A DNA stretch of 64,000 nucleotides from Octopus bimaculoides (GCF_001194135.2 NC_068989.1:38431766-38495765); one strand, 5' to 3'. Shown: positions 1 to 12,569, counted from the stretch's first letter. Made by a program: numbers and translations. The notes: generated by a model not told the origin, from the sequence alone.

Positions 1-23
1 AGTCTGTTAAAGACTGTCATACC

Positions 24-63
24 GGCCATGACGAAGGGAAATAGCCCTGAAACTCGAGTCGCC
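24..63 (+). ncRNA. Minimal type I hammerhead ribozyme-like motif (Penelope-like terminus type), with one extra base in the core
   Basis: GGC(24-26) C[A]TGACGA, stem II AGGG-aaatag-CCCT, GAAA, palindromic helix III ACTCGAGT (52-59), cleavage triplet GTC (58-60), then GCC(61-63) pairing with GGC. It is followed by (TA)n and an AT-rich tail. Confidence 0.6.
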
Positions 64-306
64 TTTATATATATATATTTATATTTATATATTTATATAT
101 TTGATCCTTTATATTGAACACTCAATATTTCATCTACATTCAATACTTTATTTCATGATGCCATCCATTTTTATTTTATTTTATATTATATATTGTATAT
201 TATATTATATATTGTATATTCCATATTCTATACCCCACATTAGTTCTGCAGGAATATAAATAAAACATAAAAAACAGACAGTGTTGGAACTCTTTTAAGC
301 AAAATA

Positions 307-339
<33 letters not shown>

Positions 340-359
340 AATGCATACACATACATATT

Positions 360-552
360 CTGATCCTGCTGGTGCCAAGTAAAAAGCACCCAGTGCACTC
401 TGTAAAATGGTTGATGTTAGAAAAGGCATCTGACCATAGAATCCATAGCAAAACAGGTAGCAGAGCTCAGTGTAGTCTTCTGGTATGCCACTTCCTCTCA
501 AACCATCTTGCCCATGTCAACATAGAAAATTGGCATTAAATAATGATGATGG
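360..552 (+). mobile_element. Short interspersed repeat with an RTE-like 3' end and (GAT)n tail
   Basis: Ends ...cccatgtcaacatagaaaattggcattaaataatgatgatg, the same tail as the RTE LINE at 63070-64000 and the copies at 34.7 and 45.7-46.1 kb. Confidence 0.6.
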
Positions 553-904
553 CGATGATTACACACACACACACACACACACACATTTTTGTTCATGTTA
601 GCATTTATGTATACCTATGTAAATTGGTGTATTGAATTGCATCCGTTTATGTCTAAAGGCCCCTTAGATATTTAATAATTAAATAATTACTAGATTAAAA
701 TATGTTCATGCTAGAGGAACCCTTGATAGTGTGTCCCAGCATGACTGCTGTCTAAGGATTAAAATCAGTAAATGAATAAAAGAAAACAAAGTATATAAAA
801 TTTACTGTATCAAAGTATATAAAATGATGGAAAACATTGTGTTAATTAATCAAAGTATATTCTTGTATTTTAAAATATGTACACTCTTGCTGTAGTGTAG
901 ATCA

Positions 905-1110
905 TTGTTACTGCTTTAACATCCATTTTTCCATGCTCATATGGGTTGAGTAGAATTTGTTGAGGCTGATTTTCTATGGCCAGATGCTCTTCCTGTCACT
1001 AACCCTCACCTGTTTCCAAGTAATGTAATATTTTCCCATGGCCATTGAAAACTGGAAATAATGGACACTGCTCACATGTCAGTAACACTCACAGCTATCA
1101 CAGGATGTCA
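905..1110 (-). mobile_element. Decayed copy of the RTE-tailed repeat
   Basis: ccatttttccatgctcatatgggttg...ccagatgctcttcctgtcactaaccctcacctgtttccaag matches the reverse complement of the same family. Confidence 0.5.
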
Positions 1111-1722
1111 AGGCAAATAGATATAAACATTCATGCATGCACACATACATATATACACATAATCTGATAGCTCTGCATCAGCAGGACTTGAAAAAATATG
1201 GAAAAAAGTGAAAGGGGTACACTGAACTTGCTGTGAGGAGTAGAATATCCAACATTTCAGATTCAATCCTTTGTCAGGGGGCAGAGAAAAAGAGAAAAAA
1301 AAGGAGAAAAAAGTCAAATAGAGTTTACATCCTCTTAGCTTGAAAGACTGGCTGCAACTGATAATGGATGCAGAATAACATGGGCTGCTAATGTGAAACA
1401 GAAGTTATAAGAGAGGGCATACAGAAAGAAGGAAATGGGTAATGGAGTGAGTAGAGGTAAGTAAATACGGGAATGTTGCAGAGAGAGTGTAGAAGGAGGA
1501 TTAAAAATGGTATAAAAGAATTATGAGGAGGTGAAAGGAAAGACATTCATTCATACCTGTTGGGGACATAGTGCCAAGATCAAATATGAGACGTTGCTCC
1601 TTTCATTTCCTAGAGAAGGGGGATCTATGGTGCAAGGCCATGCCACACACTGATAAATCTGCAATAGAATGACAAACAGTGTTGAAGTGGGTGGCGAGAG
1701 GTTGGCCTGGCATACAAAGCAA

Positions 1723-1986
1723 GGAGAATCAGGGTGACACCTTGGGGATTACTTTTGCAAACACCTCAGAAACATAATGCTTCATATGCCAGGCCAACCT
1801 GTCGCCACCCACTTCAACATAGGGAATCATTCTATTGCAGATTTATCAGTGTGTGGTATGGCCATGCACCATGGATATCCCTTCTCTAGGAAGCGAAAAG
1901 AGCAATGTCTCATATTTGATATTGGCACTATGTCCCCAACAGGTATGAATGAATGTTTTTCCTTTCCTCCTTTCACCTCCTCTTAA
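1723..1986 (+). pseudogene. C-terminal part of a PLE GIY-YIG endonuclease
   Basis: GESG*HLGDYFCKHL...PVATHFN...HSIADLSVCG...RKEQCLIFDIGTMSPTGMNE resembles the PLE pattern GET.R.L..RF.EH...PVA.HFN..HS..D...EQ.LIF.LGT..P.G.N. Confidence 0.75.
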
Positions 1987-2223
1987 TTCTTTTTTACCCT
2001 TTTTAATCCCCCTTCTACACTCTCTGCAACATTCCCGTATTTACTTACTTCTATTCTCTCCATCACCCATTTCCTTCTCCTTTTTGTACGCCCTCTCCTA
2101 TAACTTCTGTTTCATGTTAGCAGCATGTATTATTCTGCGGCCATTATCAGTTGCAGCCAGTTTTCAAGCCGAGAAAATGTAAACTCTGTTAGACTTTTTC
2201 ACCTTTTCTTCTCTTTTTCTCTG

Positions 2224-2255
2224 CCCCCTGATGAAGGATTGAATCTGAAATGAAT
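2224..2255 (+). ncRNA. Decayed minimal hammerhead-like motif at the PLE end (mirror copy at 1246-1282 on the minus strand)
   Basis: CCCC CTGATGA A GGAT-TGA-ATCT GAAAT G. The mirror copy reads CTGACAA AGGATTGAATCT GAAATGTTGG. Both are consistent with CpG decay of CTGACGAAGGATTGAATCCGAAACGTCG (inferred consensus). Confidence 0.45.
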
Positions 2256-2684
2256 ATTCCACTCCTCACAGCAAGTTCACTGTACTCCTTTCACTTTTTC
2301 TCATATATACACACATGTACACGTAACAAATTCCTTTCAGTTTCCGTCCACTGAATCTCCTTAAAAGGCTTTGATCATCCCAAGGCTTCTGTAGAAGACA
2401 CATGCTCAGGTTGCCATGCAGTAGGACTGAACCCACATAGTTGGGAAACAAACTTCTTACCAGTCAGTCATGCTTGCACCTTATGAGGGAAATTTGTAAC
2501 TGCACAGATATTTTCAACAATTTTGCTGATACATTTGAATGCTGTGTATGATATCTGCAGATATGCCATAGGTTGTTTGGGGTGAGTCAGAAAATATTAG
2601 TGGGTGGGGGGTTATGAAAATTAAGCTTTTTTTTAATACACTGGACCAGACTTCTTGGACCACATCAAGATTGGTTTAATAATT

Positions 2685-2830
2685 GATAAGTACTTACTTT
2701 ATTTTATTGACCCTGAGGGGAATGGAAGGTAAGGCTGATCTCAATAGGATTTGAACTAAAAATGTAAAGAGACGTGATTAAATACTATAAAGCATTTTAT
2801 CTACCACTAGTGAGTCTGAAGATTCACTGG
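2685..2830 (-). mobile_element. tRNA-related SINE with a Nin/Deu-like central domain
   Basis: Reverse complement of the recurring gttcaaat...gactttgcctttcatcc...ggggtc.ataaaataagtacc family, seen about 10 times in the window. Confidence 0.55.
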
Positions 2831-2900
2831 CTTACAATGGTTAAAGATATTACTGGTACAACACTAAAATATGGAATCTTTTAAAACATTGCTATATGAA

Positions 2901-3015
2901 ATTATATAAGAAATTATATTATATATTATATAAGAAATTATATTATATATTATATAAGAAATTATATTATATATTATATAAGAAATTATATTATATATTA
3001 TTTATGAAATTATAT
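2901..3015. repeat. 24-bp AT-rich minisatellite, about 4.5 copies
   Basis: Unit attatataagaaattatattatat repeated in tandem. Confidence 0.9.
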
Positions 3016-3759
3016 TGTATGAGTGTATTGCATATGCATGTGTGTAAGAGAGGAACAAGTTTTCAATATTGAAACAATGAGACAAGTAAGAAGTTGTGTG
3101 AAGAAGTAATAGTGGTACCAGGTTTTCTAGACGGTGAGACTGATATTAGTGTAAATTCTGGGTGAGCATGCCTATGGTCAAGGCATTCTAATCATGATCA
3201 TCCAATATGTTTTTCAAGTTTAGTGTATCTTGAACTACTTTATATACTGTGTCATTTCACTTTCAAAGGTGAAATGGTGAGATTTTACAATTTTTTCTAG
3301 CTGAATAAATGACTATACAGTCTCCCACCCATACTGGTTCATATCAAGGTAGTGTTAGTGGAAGGAGAGAGAATAAAGGAGGCTAACAAAGATGGATAAT
3401 AATTTGTAAGAAAATTATTCTTCAAGGTCCCTTTAAGTAATCTTTATATTGCTAAACTGTGCAGTTTCAAACAGATTGTGCTACTTTCAATGAAAGTTCA
3501 GTGTAGAAAGTTGATTATAAAAAATGCCAGCTTGTATTGTAAACTGAAGCGGCAAATAAAGGTTATGTATGTATGTCTGTGTAATTGTGTATATATATGT
3601 ATATGTAGTTGTTTGTCTACTGGTCTTGCATCTAGTTTAAAAGGGCGGAAAAAATTAAATACACAATTGACATTTTTGAGTCAATATATTTTTCCTTGCT
3701 ATGAATGAGAATTTGGAAATTGCCCAAAAGCTTTTCATTGCCCTGTTTATAGAATCCAG

Positions 3760-3780
3760 GTGGTTTTGAAGCAAAGAAAG
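3760..3780 (+). other. Candidate 21-nt small exon
   Basis: ttttcattgccctgtttatagaatccag|GTGGTTTTGAAGCAAAGAAAG|gtacaa; open in phase 1 (GGFEAKK). Based on splice motifs only. Confidence 0.2.
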
Positions 3781-4559
3781 GTACAAATGTCAGCTTTAAG
3801 GTCACCTAAAGAAATGTAATATTTCTCATTTAGATAACTCTACAAACTCTTGGATAGATGATCAGCTGAAGTAGAAAAGTATAAAGAATGTATATGAAAA
3901 ATGTTGCCTCTTGAACAATAAAGTACTTTACAGTTGATTCTTGCAATGATAGGTGTAATAATAAAAATAGCTCTTCCTTTTGGTCAATGAAAGAAAGATT
4001 ATTTCTAATCTTTACGAACGAATCTTTCATTTAATAAATGAATTGATATTTAAGCTAAGAAGTCATCATAAGTTTCAATGGAAATATTTCCTCTTAAACC
4101 ACCAACAATTAAAGCATAATTTTTTGTCAGAAATATATGTTCCTCTACTGTTTACACTAACCATCCCTGCTTGGTTGAGAATGAGTGATGGGCATTAAAC
4201 AAAACCCTATTCAGTAAAGGGAGCAGCTATTTGGCCTGTTAGAAATATGTTTTAAATCAAATTCTATAATCTTGAAAAAAAAATTGAAGCTTAAGACTTG
4301 AAGCATAATACTTGCAGAACAAAAAAAAGAAGGGACCCTGATAATCATAAGTCTACTCTAAGATGGCTACCCTGGAGTTTAACTACAGCCCTATTACCAC
4401 TTGGTCCTTGGGTCTTTAGCAGAGCCCACTCTACTGCAAATACTCAGACCAGACCCCTGGTTCCCTTTCTGCTTGGTTTTTGACCTGCTGATACTCAATT
4501 TTGGATAACCGCATCAATCATACCAATCTGTAAAGAACTGTGAAGGTAGCAGACATTAC

Positions 4560-4780
4560 CACTCTCTTCTTTAGTTAACTTATATATAAAGACAATGGTT
4601 ACCAGCCCTGTCTCCTCCGATTAAGTCATGTATAAAGTTAAGTGATACAGCCCATATCACTTCTGATTAATTTATATATGAATGTTACAGACACTGCTCC
4701 AGTCTCTTTTGATTAACTTATATGTAGAGATTACAAGTACTGTTTTCCTTTTCCCTGACCAATATATAAAGAAAGAAATT
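4560..4780. repeat. Degenerate ~50-bp tandem repeat
   Basis: Four diverged units, each containing t/gattaa(c/t)ttatat(a/g)ta(a/g)a. Confidence 0.4.
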
Positions 4781-6131
4781 AAATGGATGAGTGGGGAAAA
4801 TATAGTTATGTAAGCTACAATGCCTTCTGTTCAAATTTACTGTAAGCAATATTTGGGCTCAGATCACCCTACTGATCACTTACATGAGCATTACCTGACA
4901 TTGTGTAACTTGAAATTGTATAAATTGAGAGGGAAAATTTATCTTTAAACTACTCCCAACCATTAAATTGGAATTAAATACCAGACAGTAAAGTCTGAGA
5001 AGGTTTAGAATACTTTATACATAATACAAAACTGGATTGAGACTCACAAACATGAAGAACTGTAAATATACTGTCAGATTCTCTTATATTATTGGATATG
5101 GAGGGCTTGTTAACTCATTTATATCAGTTATTCCATCCATTCCCTACATTAATATGATATTAGCTTCAACTTGCTAAAAGGTGGTGCTAAATTCCCTCAA
5201 ATCTCACGCTATCATCTTAAAATATGAGGGACAAATTGGACCAGTATAGGCCTAGATATATATATATAAACGAACGAGACAGGATGGCTAAAGCTGGTGG
5301 AATATCTTTGATCAAAGTTTTATTTATTTTAGTATGAGTTGATGGTAATCAGCACCCACAACTAAACTGTCTTCATGTCTGAGATGAAGTATTTTCTAAT
5401 AAGATTATAACTTTTAATCTATATTAATTTCATCACAGATAAAACATTTTCTATGCATTTAAATTTTCATTCAATTTTGATTAGTTTGTTCCCTGATAAT
5501 CAATCATGTGTCATTTTCCCGGTTATGTATATTGTACATTAATGCTTCAGTAACAACAAATACTTACATTACTAGCATTAAAGTACATATCCAGGAGTAA
5601 ATCATTTGATTGCATTTATAGGTCAAACTGATCAAAGTATAAAATTGATGTAAACATTAAGAAAATGTTTAATCTCCAAAGACAAGGCTAATTATCCAAA
5701 AAATTATAATCATTTTAACGCCAACATGAATATAAATACAGCTTAGTAGACTTAATCTGTAAAAGTGCATTGAGCAGTAAGATGTATAATATGAAGCATC
5801 TGATCTTTAGGTGATTATCTGACAGGCTTTCTTCTTAGGAACAACTACTCTTAAGGGAGATGCCTTAGAATTGAAAGAATGGAATTCAGAACCATGTGTT
5901 TCCTTTATCCTAACTAAACACTCTCAGAAATCAAATGGATAATTAATAATGTTGGCTTTAATTTTCACACTTTTATCTTCATTAGACAATGCTTGAGTTG
6001 CATTGGGTATTGGCAACATCAAATCTGCAGTCCTTGGAGTAGAAATGAAGAATAGTGAGTGTTACATGTTTTGATGAAGAGAATCCCAAGTAGGTAGGGA
6101 AAACATACACACACAGATGTTAATTTATATA

Positions 6132-6400
6132 TAGGTGCAGGCATGGCCGTGTGGTCGAGGAATTTGATTCATAGCAATGTAATTTTGTGTTCAGTCCTGT
6201 TGTACAGGCAAGTATTTCTATAACTTCAGATTTAGCAAGGACTTGTGAGTAGATTTGGCAGACAAAGAGTAAAAGAAACCTGCTGTATATACACATGTCT
6301 ATGTGTGTGTGTCTTTATATCTTGTGAAAGCACATGCTAATTGTAGACAAACGTCACCATTATACAATCTTTGACATTTGTGTACAATCTTCCATGAAAT
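6132..6400 (+). mobile_element. tRNA-derived SINE (CORE-like family)
   Basis: Head ggtgcaggcatggccgtgtgg..., body ...ggcaagt.tttctata...cttgtgagtagatttggcagac; the same family recurs at 10.1-11.1, 19.8, 32.0, 45.3, 46.8 and 61.3 kb. Confidence 0.55.
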
Positions 6401-6802
6401 CTTCAATGATGATGTCAGGTCATTATTCTGTTTATGCGTGAAGGACTAGGAAAAAATTAACTGGAGAGGTTTCCATAAGTTCTGAGTTCAAATTCTTCTG
6501 ATATTAACCTTCTGGGATCAGTAGTATAAAAGCCAGAGCACACTAGTGCTGATGTGGGTGACTCTAGGGAGACTCCAAAAGTAAACCTCAACAATAATTA
6601 TACTCACTAGAGTGCATACTCTAATGGGACACACAACTGCAGGAAGTACGAAAAGAATGGGAGATGTATTAGGAATATCACTAACACAAGTGGAGTACCA
6701 GATGCTCAAGATTACACCAACTGGACTAGCATCCCACTAATCTCTACAACACATAGGGTGACAAAAAGATCTATCAACACCTTAGATTGGCCATCTCTGA
6801 GA

Positions 6803-7140
6803 TGTAACTTCAGAAATCCTGCTGACTGCCCTCTAGGGAGGCACTGTATACGTACAAACATAGTCTATAAATGTGAGGTGACTACACAGAATAGTAGTGA
6901 ATATTACATAGGTCCTATGGTCAACCCCTGAAGTAACACATTTATGCATAAACACTGTCTCTCCAGCCTTAGACTTGGGTTCTCAATCTCATTTACAAAA
7001 TATATTCGTTGTTTAACTGATAAGACCAACTATAGATTGAAATGGCCAGTGGTAGGATGTGTCTTGCTGTACCAGGGAGCAGGGTGACGTCCATATGAAC
7101 TATGTTCTAAAGTGGGGTTGGAGATAATATTTGCCAGCAA
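6803..7140 (+). pseudogene. PLE GIY-YIG endonuclease remnant (second PLE lineage)
   Basis: 6803-6913 reads CNFRNPADCPLGRHCIRTNIVYKCEVTTQNSSEYYIG, matching the PLE pattern CNCR...CPL.G.C....VY...V.....YIG. Downstream NYRLKWPVV...ELC resembles the W.I....Y....C.LC tail. Confidence 0.7.
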
Positions 7141-8608
7141 TAGACATCTTCTCAATAAAGGTAATGACTTGCTGTAATACCAGACAAGTCAAAAATACTG
7201 CTGTAACACCAGACAAATCAAATATACTGAAATTAGCAAGTTGAAAACCACCTTAACTGTAACATACATTAGTCCAGTATTAATATTCAGCAAGAACCAT
7301 ATTATTCTTTTGGGATAATGACACTTGGTACTGGTTAGTAACACCCTCTACATGAACAATCTTGTATCTATATCTCTACACCAACTCTTCCTCATCTATA
7401 TGTTGATATTTGGTAAGCTGAGGTATATACTTGAGTATATATCTTTGTTTGCTTGTATCAAAACCATTTTGTGGAATACTATATACTATTATGAACAATG
7501 TTGTACATGGAATGGATAACTAACCAGACCAAACATTGATTGATAATATACATATATATATATATATATATATAAAGATTGAAGCAATGATATTGGATAC
7601 ATGTAATACTCAATCTTTCTGTGAAATACTATGTATATATCATACAACATGAATGTAGTATACCTAAAAACTTGCAGAAATTCATTGACCTTTATGAAAA
7701 AAAAAACAAAAAAAAACTTGGATTATATATCATTATATATGAGAAAAGAAATAACAACTATGCTCATACAGAGCCTAAGTGGCAAGTGTGTGCAGATACA
7801 TGAATACAACACAAGATGTTTCAACATAATATGATATGATAATAGGGTTAATATTTTTGTATGGGTGTATGTCTACACACACAAACACACACACACACAT
7901 GCACATATGTGTAGATGATTTTATATGTATGTGCGTGTTTGTATGTGTGAACATTTGTTGACACATGAGTATGGACATGTAGAGAGATGCAGTTTACAAC
8001 ATGTTGATGCTTGGTAATTACAAAAATATTTGCAATCTTACTATCCCAGGCCTTGTCTGTCCAAGAGGAAGACTTTTTAAACTGAAACCATAAACCTGTC
8101 TGAGACATCAACCTATTGTCTCAGTTCACTTTCTGATCTTTGCCACTGACTTTGTACAGTAGCTGCTATTATTGCTATTATAATTGTTGTTGCTGTTATC
8201 ATTGAGTCTACATCTCCTGGGGGTTATCTCTTCTTCCTTCCTGTTTATTCTGTCTATTGTGTACATATTTGTGTGATTGAGTGTGTATTTGTGTGCCTGC
8301 CTGAATATGTATGGAGTGGGTATGGCCTCCACTGTACGCCCATTTATCTTCTATTTATCTTCTGTCAACAGCATCCTCTCAATATTTGTTCTGCTATAAC
8401 CAATGATATTGAATGTAATTTGCATAACTGGAATATATATTAGCATAAGCATCCCATCAAGCTTTGTATTTTTAACTGCTAATGTGGCTAATTACTTTGC
8501 ATGATAATAACTGTGTTTTTATAGAAACATGTATTCTTTAGAAAGCTAAACTATCAACTGTTTTCTATGCTTATTAGTACTCTGTGTGTGTGTATGCACA
8601 CACATATT

Positions 8609-8654
<46 letters not shown>

Positions 8655-8849
8655 TGCTTATAATATATATTTCTGTATATAAATATGTGTTGTGTATGTA
8701 TCCATATATGTGCATAATGTATAAATGTTTCTTAGGGTAACCCAACTTCCTTTCGAATCCTAAATACTGGTTAATGAACCTGCTCAACAGTGAGATAAGC
8801 ACTGTAAATAAGTATATTCTTGATGCCAACAACTTTGTTATTGATTAAA

Positions 8850-9700
8850 ACTACAGATGATGCAATGGGATTGAAGCACCATTCTAATAAACTGGTTTTG
8901 CTACATCAGGAACAAAGCAGAATGCAAATTCACCTTGTTTGATATTCCTAGTTTGATGTCCTTCAATATCAAAATTCTTCCTCAAGAAAGACCTAGACTT
9001 TGGGAGACAATTTATCAGGATTAGCATTCCTGATATCATTATGAATGAGCAGAAGTTATTCCTGTTTTATGAGGATTTGTATCTGATGTGCTCATGGGGA
9101 GCTATGATGAAGATAAAGTCACTGGCCTTGTGACAATATTAAAACTGGCTACCCTAAAAATGTATACTCCTTCAGATTTTGGCTTGGTAATATCTCATCA
9201 TATGAATGACCATGCCACAGATAAGTTCAGAAAAAAATCTTATAAACGTTTCCAAGAATTCAGCTTAATTAAAACTGTTACACCATTTTAAGAATGGTTG
9301 ACTACCTGAACGTAACACTAGATCTTGAAACAAGCAAGTTCTACACAAAGCTCAATATGGAAAATTTATAACAAAAAAAGCCCCATCTGCAATTTGAAGC
9401 CTAATCACAGGTATCAATAAAATAATCTTCATTCCATCAGTGGACAACGAAACCTAAAACAGGGTTTCCTCATTATAACAGGCAAAGAATGACTTTAGGG
9501 ATAAAGTAGTGCACCAGGAGTTCCCTCAATCCACACCTAAACCAAAAGAATTAGAAAAGTACTCTTGTTTAATCCTTCATTTAATCTGAATATTTACACT
9601 AAAACTGCCAAGAGCTTCTTGACAGTATTTCCCAAGACATCATAGCCTCTTTAATTCCTCCCCATCATGCTTTGTAACTTATGCTTAGAAAATATCACTT
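8850..9700 (+). mobile_element. Degenerate PLE reverse transcriptase fragment
   Basis: Frameshifted motifs DVLMGSYDE (about 9090), DYLNVTLDL (about 9300) and LFNPSFNLNIYTKTAKSFL..FP (about 9570, resembling WFNPP..NV.T..GK.FL...FP). Confidence 0.6.
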
Positions 9701-10131
9701 CAAAAATTGCATGCTGCAACTCAATCAAACTTGCACCTACACAGATTTCCTCCCACACTGCGATCTACAGTTTTTGAAATTCTACCTACAGCTTACTAGG
9801 AGATATTGCTTCACTAGATACTATATGGTCATAAGAACAATGATAATTTCAAGGGAAAATTTACATAGCACATGCTCTCCTTTATGTATAGGAACAGGGA
9901 AAACTTTATCACTCTGCCTCAGGTTCACCTGGGACCTAGAGAACATCTACTGTAACATGACATGGGGCAACCTTGATAGGGATCTATCTCTGTGAGAAGC
10001 TGCATATATTGCAGCAGCCTGCAATAACCATCTAGAAAAAAATTGATCTCACTTATTGTTGTCACTGTGGACTGCAAAATATGAACATACTCACACAGAT
10101 ACACATACATATATTTTATATTATATATAGA

Positions 10132-10874
10132 TGCAAGCATGGCTATGTAATTGAGAAACTTGCTTCCTGACCATATGGTCTTGGTTTTAGTACCACTGCA
10201 TGAGACATTGAGCAAGTGTCTTCCACTATAGTCCTAGGTTGACCAATGACTTGTGAATAGATTTGGTCAATGGAAACTGAATGAAACCTATTGTATGTAA
10301 TATATGTGTTCGTGTGTACCCTTGTCTTGACATCATATGATGATTGTAAATGAGCATCATCATCATACAAAAGATGCTGTTAATTTCCAGTCATAGAAGA
10401 TCTGCCTCAACAAATTCCATCTGAGTCATGCAAGCAGAGAAAAGTAGACATTAAACGAAGATGATTATATATACATTCTCTTATTCTCTTACCTGTTTTA
10501 GTCATTTCACAGTGGTCATGCTGGAGCACAACCTTAATGGGTTTTTTAAGACCCCATGACTTATTCTTTGTAAGCCTAGTACTTATTCTGTTGGTCTCTT
10601 TTGCTGAACCACTAAGTTACAGGGGCATAAACACACCAACCTCGGTTGTCAAGCAATGGTGGGGGGACAAACACAAATATAAATACACACACATAAATAC
10701 ACACACACACATGTATATGACAGTTTCTGTCAACCAAATCCACTCACAAGGCCTTGGTTGGCCTGAGGCTATTGCAGAAAACACTTGGCCAAGGTGCCAC
10801 ACAGTAGGGCTGAACCTGGAACCATGGGGTTAGGAAGTAAGCTTATTACACAGCCACGCCTGTGCCTATATATG

Positions 10875-10905
<31 letters not shown>

Positions 10906-10918
10906 ATATGTATATATA

Positions 10919-10966
<48 letters not shown>

Positions 10967-11115
10967 TATACACATATAATGAGCTTCTTTACAGTTCCTG
11001 TTTGCCCAATATATTCACACGCCCTGGGGCTATAGTAGATTTTTGCCCCAGGTGCCATGCTGTGGGATTGAACCTAGAAGCATGTGGTTGGAAACTAATC
11101 TATTTAACCACACAT
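10132..11115. mobile_element. Cluster of at least three CORE-like tRNA SINE copies with (TA)n/(TG)n tracts
   Basis: One + copy at 10132-10460 and minus copies at about 10490-10870 and 10980-11115, sharing ccactcacaaggc...cacttg.ccaaggtgccac...tgaacc. Confidence 0.7.
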
Positions 11116-11189
11116 CCATGCTTAAATATCTTTTATCTATCTGTCTATCTATCGACTTATATACATACACATACATTCATACATACCTA

Positions 11190-11400
11190 CATACATACAT
11201 GCATATATAGTTGAAATTAATAGAAAAACAAAAGACAAAGACTGGTGTATGAACAACAAGCAAGTGTATTAGTTTGATGCTCGAGAAAATGAAAAAGTCT
11301 TTTACGTTTTGAGCCTAAGGTCTTCAACAGAAAGGAATAAGAGAAAATAAACAGAGAGAATAAAAAAGCAACTTGAAGATTTCAACAGTCCAGCATAGCG
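11190..11400 (-). mobile_element. Short repeat with a decayed hammerhead-like PLE-type terminus
   Basis: Reverse complement of 11296-11335: CCTTT CTGTTGA A GACC-TTAG-GCTC AAAAC GTA AAAG; stem I CTTT/AAAG. Confidence 0.4.
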
Positions 11401-11402
11401 AA

Positions 11403-11448
<46 letters not shown>

Positions 11449-11743
11449 ATAAACACACACCCATATGCTTGTATATTTATATACCTGATGATCATTGCAT
11501 ATCATCTGATGACATAAGTTCCTACAGGCCAAAGTTCGATTCACTAGAGTGAATTGAAAAGAAACACCTTCATTTGGGTGTTATCAACAATATTATATAC
11601 ATGTTTGCTTTGATATTTCATTTCTAAAATGTGATATGTGTATTTCTGATACACCAATTTACAAATATACTGGTCTTCAATCTTTGTTCTGCCTTGAGGA
11701 ATTATTCATTTACCATTTATTTGACGTTTTTCAGTGACTCTCG

Positions 11744-11762
11744 CTCTCTCTCTGCCTCTCTT

Positions 11763-11793
<31 letters not shown>

Positions 11794-11802
11794 TTCTCTC
11801 TA

Positions 11803-11859
<57 letters not shown>

Positions 11860-11868
11860 CTCTCTCTA
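11744..11868. repeat. (CT)n microsatellite
   Basis: Directly visible; it generates the poly-SL and poly-ER ORFs. Confidence 0.95.
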
Positions 11869-12201
11869 TATATATTCACGTTTACGAAAGAGTCTATAAT
11901 ATATTGATGGAACAGATGTTTTACAGCTGGATGCTTAGCTTCCGAGGTGGGATGTGCCAACTCTTGAAATGAATGATTTATTCATAGCATGAACTGCATG
12001 TTCATAAACTGTACATCAGTGCAGTGGTGTTGTTTATTGCAGCCTCACACACTATTTATCTCTTCATATCACAAATAATGAATAAGTGCTGCTAATAGAA
12101 ATGAAAGCTTTATATCCGTGTATAGCATTTCAAACAATTTGCCAATCTTCTGTCATTTTTCTTTGTTTTTGTTTTTTTTGTTTTCTTTCTCTGTCCTCTG
12201 G

Positions 12202-12252
<51 letters not shown>

Positions 12253-12488
12253 GGTCTCTGTATGTGTGTGTGTCTCTAAACCACTCTTCTACTGGTTTCA
12301 GTTGTTGGACTGTAGCTGCAAAAATTTGGTTAACTATAATGTCCTCCCTACTACTTTGTCTGGTATCTAAGTTGACCATCTGATGATGAGATGTGGGCAA
12401 GTTTGACCTGAACAAAAAAAAACAAAAACAAATGGGATCAAAATGATTATCGTAAGATAGTTTTGTGTACCAAATTGTTGTTGTCCTT

Positions 12489-12489
<1 letters not shown>

Positions 12490-12563
<74 letters not shown>
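12490..12563. repeat. (CA)n microsatellite abutting the Tc1 terminal inverted repeat
   Basis: Directly visible. Confidence 0.95.

Positions 12564-12569
<6 letters not shown>

Larger units (their letters stand above)
1196..2306. mobile_element. Penelope-like element (PLE) 3' ends arranged as a head-to-head inverted pair (arms about 520 bp)
   Basis: 1196-1714 is the diverged reverse complement of 1785-2306. The + arm encodes a PLE GIY-YIG C-terminus and carries a CTGATGA...GAAA terminal motif. Confidence 0.85.
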
